A stretch of DNA of 64,000 nucleotides from Phoronis australis (Eukaryota; Animalia; Phoronida), in the NCBI GenBank assembly GCA_002633005.1, contig NMRA01000138.1:650684-714683 (forward strand), read 5' to 3'. Within the stretch, counting starts at the first letter, position 1, and each line of letters starts with the position of its first letter. Both the position numbers and the translations under genes were made by a program. Below are positions 58,480 to 64,000 of the stretch, piece after piece. The notes below the pieces were generated by a model, which was not told the DNA's origin, did not search any database, and saw only the letters and a program-made list of their open reading frames with translations.

Positions 58480-61400
58480 TTAAGTGTTCCCATTGACGGA
58501 AGCTTCAACAACACCGAAGCTTCAGAGGCAGTGGGAAAGACCTTTCAATTTTTCTGCTAATTTTAATTAAAGCTGCATTTTGCTCATGTTTAGCTTTCAG
58601 TGTTGAAGCTGTTTGCTGTTTATATTACTACACTCATCCAATCTTGGGATGAATGAGCTGCCAACTCATAGTAATGCATACATGCGCCATTTTCAAATCT
58701 GCAATTTTAGATTTGAGCTAGCCCAATGAATTCTGAGGCATTTTCTTGAGTCGCTGGTGGTTTCAGTGTTCTTGTTGATGACAGAAACCAAGTATTATCG
58801 TGGTATGAAATATTTCAGTATGAAACTAATCTTATAAGCATAAATTATAGACCTCATTCAATTTTATTTTTTTTCATCAGCCAAACAGGGTGAACTACAG
58901 CTTTAAAAGGAATCCTTCTCATTGAATACAGTCTTCATTTCATTCATAATCTTTGTAATTGTACACAATGCATGCTCACGCGCGGACACAAAATATATAG
59001 ATAATATGTTATTCAAGATAGCTCCATATGTTTGCTATCACAAGCAGTACGTTCAATAATTAGAACATTCAATGCATCCAGTGAAAGCAAAGCGCCATGC
59101 AATGTATGTAGTACATAAAGGTTCTTTATTTAAATCTTGCTTTTACGCATTTTCATCATGTTCAAGTGAAGTCCAGTGTTTGTATTGCGAAATTGTGTAG
59201 AGGTTTGATGCAAAAATGTCGCTGGGTTGTGACAAGGTAGCTTGAAGTAGAATTTACATTTCTCAACTTGTAAATAATCAATAGCTATGGCTTTTTACAT
59301 GGAAGATGAACTAGATGAACTGCCAAATTACACAGATAAAATGCATATTATTTGCATTTCTGTTTCAGATTTTTCAAGCATGTAGACGCTTGTGTTTACA
59401 TTCTGTTTCATGTTTTTGAAAACCTATTTTTCTTCAAACACTTACAATGTACTGTGGCTGTTCGTTCATATTGTTTTGTTTTTGCATTGATTAGGTTGTT
59501 GGCTATAGAGAAGCGGTTTTGAAACTTGAGAAGGACTTGTGCAAGTGATTAATTGGAGAGTTGAAAAAACACAAACTAATATCAAATTTCTATTAAATAC
59601 ATATGTATTGAGGAATTTTATTGTCTGGATTGCATTGCTTCATTAAAAATAAATTGGTTGTTGCTGAAAATCTATACTGTAATTTTCTCATTTAGTTGGC
59701 GCTCATTACAGTAGAAAGTGAAATTTTGTCAAAATGCTCAAGAAAGTTAAAAACAACATAAATTTGATTGTATTGTTGACATCATTTGCTCTGTGTTCAT
59801 AAAGCAACTCCTGGTAAAGCCTGTTATTTTAATTAAAACAGAAAAATGACAGTTCTGATCAGGATTTTGTGTAAACATTCTGTAGAATTATGGTATTTAG
59901 GATAAATAGTTAGAATGAATAGGTTTCACTGTTTGTGTTCACTGGTATTAAACTTGGATGGGAAAGCATTGTATATCATATTGAATCAACTGTCTTGATC
60001 TTGCTGCTTCTATTGTAAAAGGCAATGAAGCTTTCCAGTTTCTATACATTTGAATAAAGATGGTTCGTGAAAATTTAAGTATATTTTTTTAAATGTTCTT
60101 GAGCTTATAACTGAGCAACTATTCATCCTTAAAACATGTGAAAGGTTCAAATATTTTTAAAATTTCACATAGACGAAATAAATCTCCATGAAAATAGTGT
60201 TATGTTAAAAATCCGGGTTTACGCAGTAACTTGCATTTGCTAGTTTTGGTAGCACTTGATATTTGCATCACTCGGCACATGTGAGTAGTCCTCGTCACCT
60301 CAGCACATCTAATTCATGGTCATTTTGTAAACATGTGTGCACACATTTCTAAAGACTCCCTTCAGTCTGCCAAAATCAATAGAGTGTGCTAGTTGTTGAT
60401 TTTTGCTGGAGATGTATTTAGGCAATTTGCCTCAGGTTTACTGACTTGGTGAAAGGAACATTGTATTTACTGTTAGTTCACCATTGAATAGAATAAAAAG
60501 ACTTCTTACACATGTATTGTGCACCTTTTATCTGGTATACAGTATAACCTACATTCCATTTGTGTGCTTTTCAATATTCGAATGTACAGTTTTTGAATTG
60601 TATATCTCCACCTGCAATCTATCTTTATTTGACAAATAGCAAACCATCCATAATTGTAAAAAGATGTAATTTCATCTAGTTAAAATACTGTTGGTTTACT
60701 TTCCCCTGTTTGATTGACGGTCCAACCACCTGAGGGCTCTTTTCATACTGAGTGAGCCAATCTGCAGTCTTTTTATGTTCTGTTGATGGTAACCATGCTC
60801 TGACCTGGTCTCCAAGGCTCAGCCTCTTTTTGAATCAGCCGGGAGTCTGATTGGAGAAATGTGTCAACAGTATATGAGCTCTATAAGCAGACGTCAACGT
60901 AGACTTAAGTGTGTGAAGAATGGAAGTCTTGTTCTAGAGAAAGTTTAGGATTCATGCAGGTTTTGAGTTGTGAAGTGCTCAAGTGAACATATATCTTTCA
61001 CCAAGAACACAGAGGCTGTATCTAATTTGGATTAATTACTCATAAGATGAATCTCCATTACTGAGAGTTGATAGTCTGCTGTGGATTCTTTGGAGTTTAC
61101 CTCCTTGACTTTTCAAGTGGAATTTTATTTCAGTTTGAAAACTCAGAAAACCTTGGTTGTTTTGTTGGATACTGTGTGGACATAAAGTTTGTATCCTAAC
61201 TCCTGGCTACTTAGTTATCAAAGCTTGTGTTTACCTAGGGAATCAAAGTATTAATATTTCGATTAATCAATCCTATAATGCAGATTAAAGACTTTGGCAC
61301 ATTTGGATTTTAGAGGCATTTTCTTAGCTCAACAGTTATCGTACATATTTAAAACATTTAATACCGTGCTAAATAAAATCCGGATTAGGCTACATTTGTG

Positions 61401-62287
61401 GTTAATCACTAACCTAAGGTGTACACCAGACACAATCCTTTTATTACTTTAAATTCTTTTGGGCTTTTGTTTGATTTCTTTGAGACTTTGTCGAAATACT
61501 TTTTCTAAAAGTTCATTAACCTGTATTATTGGCATGAAAAAATTACACGCCGTTTTATCCAAGACATTACTGCAAAGTTATTAGCAACGTATGCACGGCC
61601 ATTTTATGATATTTGTGCACAGGTCTGGAGAAGGCATTGTAGTTTTTGTGATTTAACGCGAGGACCACTTAAAAACATTATCAAGACATTACTTGCACAC
61701 TGTCAATTGGAGAACTAAAATTGGACACACCTTTTTTCTTGATGCGTGACGTTGGAACAATGTTACTAAGATCGTCATTGGATATTGTGTGCGATGGTTA
61801 ATGAAATGTGAAGTAAGGATGGCCATACAACTTGTACAATACAGAGACTTGAGGTCTCTCGTGGATACAACTGCACCGGTGTTTGAATACGAGGTATGGT
61901 ATGACTATGTAGCTCACCTGTTGATTCCTTATTTGTTTAAATTATTTTAAAGCTGCAATTTGTCTTGCTCTGCTCATTGAAAATAGTATGAGGACTTTCA
62001 CTTTTTCTAAAATTGACGATAGGATTCTATTTTCTTTACCAACAAGATTGAAACAATCTGCGACCTATAGAGTTATTTGGAGGTGGCCAGCCCTAAAATT
62101 GCAGATTCGAAAATGGCGCATGGTTGGTAATGGAAATTGTCCTATCACGGGAAGGAGTATTATGAGACTGATTTTATGTGAGTAAATGGTCCAGTTTGAT
62201 TTTACATTTTTAGCCACCTAAGCATTGCAAAATGCAGCTTCAAGTAGAAGAATTTTTATGAGTAAAATTGACAATTTATTTCATACT

Positions 62288-62382
62288 AGTCACTTACAGG
62301 GGTCTCGCATTTTGAGAAACAGTTTTGTCCACTGAACAGGTATTGAACTGGTTCTCAAAATGCGGGACGCTTGTAAGTGACT
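62288..62382. repeat. 95-nt imperfect hairpin
   Basis: agtcacttacaggggtctcgcattttgagaaacagtt pairs with aactggttctcaaaatgcgggacgcttgtaagtgact. Confidence 0.85.
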
Positions 62383-64000
62383 TGCCTTTTAAGTCAAAGG
62401 ATATTTGAATGAATTCAAATTAGCAATTTGGCTTAAAAGACAAATTTTAGTAATACAGGCAGCTAAAACACCTCACGTCTTATTAGTTACCGCTGTGAAT
62501 GATTGGTGTAAGATTTGGTCTTTACTAACTAACATTTCCCCTTATGTTTATCACGCATCTACTTTTATGTTTTGTTTATACCTAGTATTGGTACTATTAT
62601 TATATTTTATTAGTTGTTCTTTTTTGCTAAAATTTATATATTGACTTTTTTAAAAAAGGATTTTGCTGCTTGTATGGAGGTAATTGTTAAACATGTAAAA
62701 ATGACAGGAATAGTAAGTTCTGTAAGTCTTGGTGCATATAACAATAACCTTGGTGAGTTGGTACAACTATAGTTTATGTACATTACAAGGCGTACTGTTT
62801 AATTTCCAATTTATATATAAGGGTTTGTGTTTGATAAAATCACTGTCGTGGCAGTGTGGCATTTATAATCATTGAACTGAGCTCATGATCATGGCAAACT
62901 AATTCTGGTCCAAGGTGATAACAGGCCGGCTTGATAGATAAATGATTTTACCTTACCTATTATTACTTGCGGGTGTTTACAAAATAACTCTGTGATATCG
63001 TTGCATATCTCCATTTCAAGATAAATTTCTGGCACTAGAGTGCATACATTTAGTTTTGATAAGAATTTGATATTGCAGAAAAATACTTTGAAGTATTCTT
63101 GTGTGTGACTGTTCACTGCTCAAAATTTCCACTAACATTCAGCCCATCAACACCTGATGTTCCACGAGTGTGAATTACTTGTTGGTAAAGAGATGCTTTT
63201 TACTCCATAAATATTACCTTGTGTCTTGAAAATGATGCTGTCAGGATACATGTTCTGTCTCTTCCTTTAAAATCATCAACTTGGAGACATTTTGCAATTA
63301 TAAAAATTCGTCTCCATTGCAGAAAAAAAAATTGTCAGGCCTGTACTTGATTGGCTTTTTCTCAATGATTTTTTCAACAGCATTCACCACTTGTGTTTGC
63401 TCTGTAAAAACCGATGTGCTTGGTATTTTATTATGCCTCAAGTTATGCGATGTGTTTTTAATGTGTCATATGTGTCGGAAATTAGTTATAAAAATATTTT
63501 GAAATAAGCCACCCCTTACAATATTTAGTTCATGTAAGCAGAGTAGTTGTTTAGCGTCTTTTGAAAAATATTGCTAATGGCATAACTATTGTATAAGTGT
63601 AGTACGCATTGGTGATTTCAGATAAATAACTTAACAAGTCTCTATTTCTGATAAATCTCATGGACAAATTGTTACCTTTAAGATTTTGTTTCCTTTATTT
63701 GTATGCCACTACATATTGATTTCTGTCCAGGACAGGACTTAGTGTACATCTAGATCTACAGTAGGAGAACAATTAGATTTAATTTGTTCTCTCAGCTGTG
63801 AGGTTCAGTCTTGCAAACCTGCAAATGATGTCAATATTTTCATGTAATGGACTGCAGAGGTGTCTGAAGCTTTAGTAATGTGATTTGCAATTTGTTATTC
63901 AATCAATTAATAATGTAAACCGACAATCAAACAAAGAAGTGACGCATTTCTAATGTCACTACTAAAATATTCATTGATATTTTTTGCTTTGCTGTTTTAA

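Noticed and set aside
59495-59548. Possible terminal exon VVGYREAVLKLEKDLCK-stop for the coiled-coil gene
   Set aside because: Phase 0 does not fit the phase-2 donor at 56508 and there is no other support. No convincing exon was found in 56509-64000.
60750-60960. CCAAT/ATTGG, TATAA and gacgtca motifs suggesting an internal alternative promoter
   Set aside because: Short motifs like these are expected by chance in AT-rich DNA, and no clear first-exon donor or ORF links to them.

Overview
AT-rich, intron-rich animal (probably marine invertebrate) genomic DNA with four assembly gaps (three N runs and one single N). I see no prokaryotic features, rRNA or CRISPR arrays. There are three protein-coding genes. 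(1) Codanin-1 (CDAN1) on the minus strand: 15 phase-consistent exons run from the ATG at 17123 down to 664, one intron is GC-AG, and the 3' end lies beyond the left edge of the window. (2) An intronless 556-aa minus-strand gene (21608-23278) encoding a signal peptide, a sushi/CCP-like module, an unassigned domain, five TSP1 repeats and a GPI-type hydrophobic tail. (3) A divergently transcribed multi-exon plus-strand coiled-coil gene (probable non-coding first exon ending at 25526, ATG at 33690, exons to about 56508) whose N-terminus resembles, from memory, the vertebrate FAM186A/B N-terminal domain. Introns and intergenic DNA hold many non-autonomous mobile elements with readable ends: hAT-like with a 5-bp TSD, PIF/Harbinger (TAA), Mutator-like with 270-bp TIRs and a 9-bp TSD, Tc1/pogo-like (TA), Helentron/HINE-like, Kolobok-like (TTAA) with a decayed THAP domain, foldbacks, and a LINE RT fragment in frame with CDAN1 exon 1. 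There are also minisatellites, several long hairpins and a 740-bp duplication that is probably an assembly artefact. The best leads are the orphan-architecture TSP1/GPI gene paired head-to-head with the FAM186-like gene, the back-to-back perfect double hairpin at 459-562, and the splice oddities. Family assignments rest on motif recognition and recalled sequences; no database search was run.
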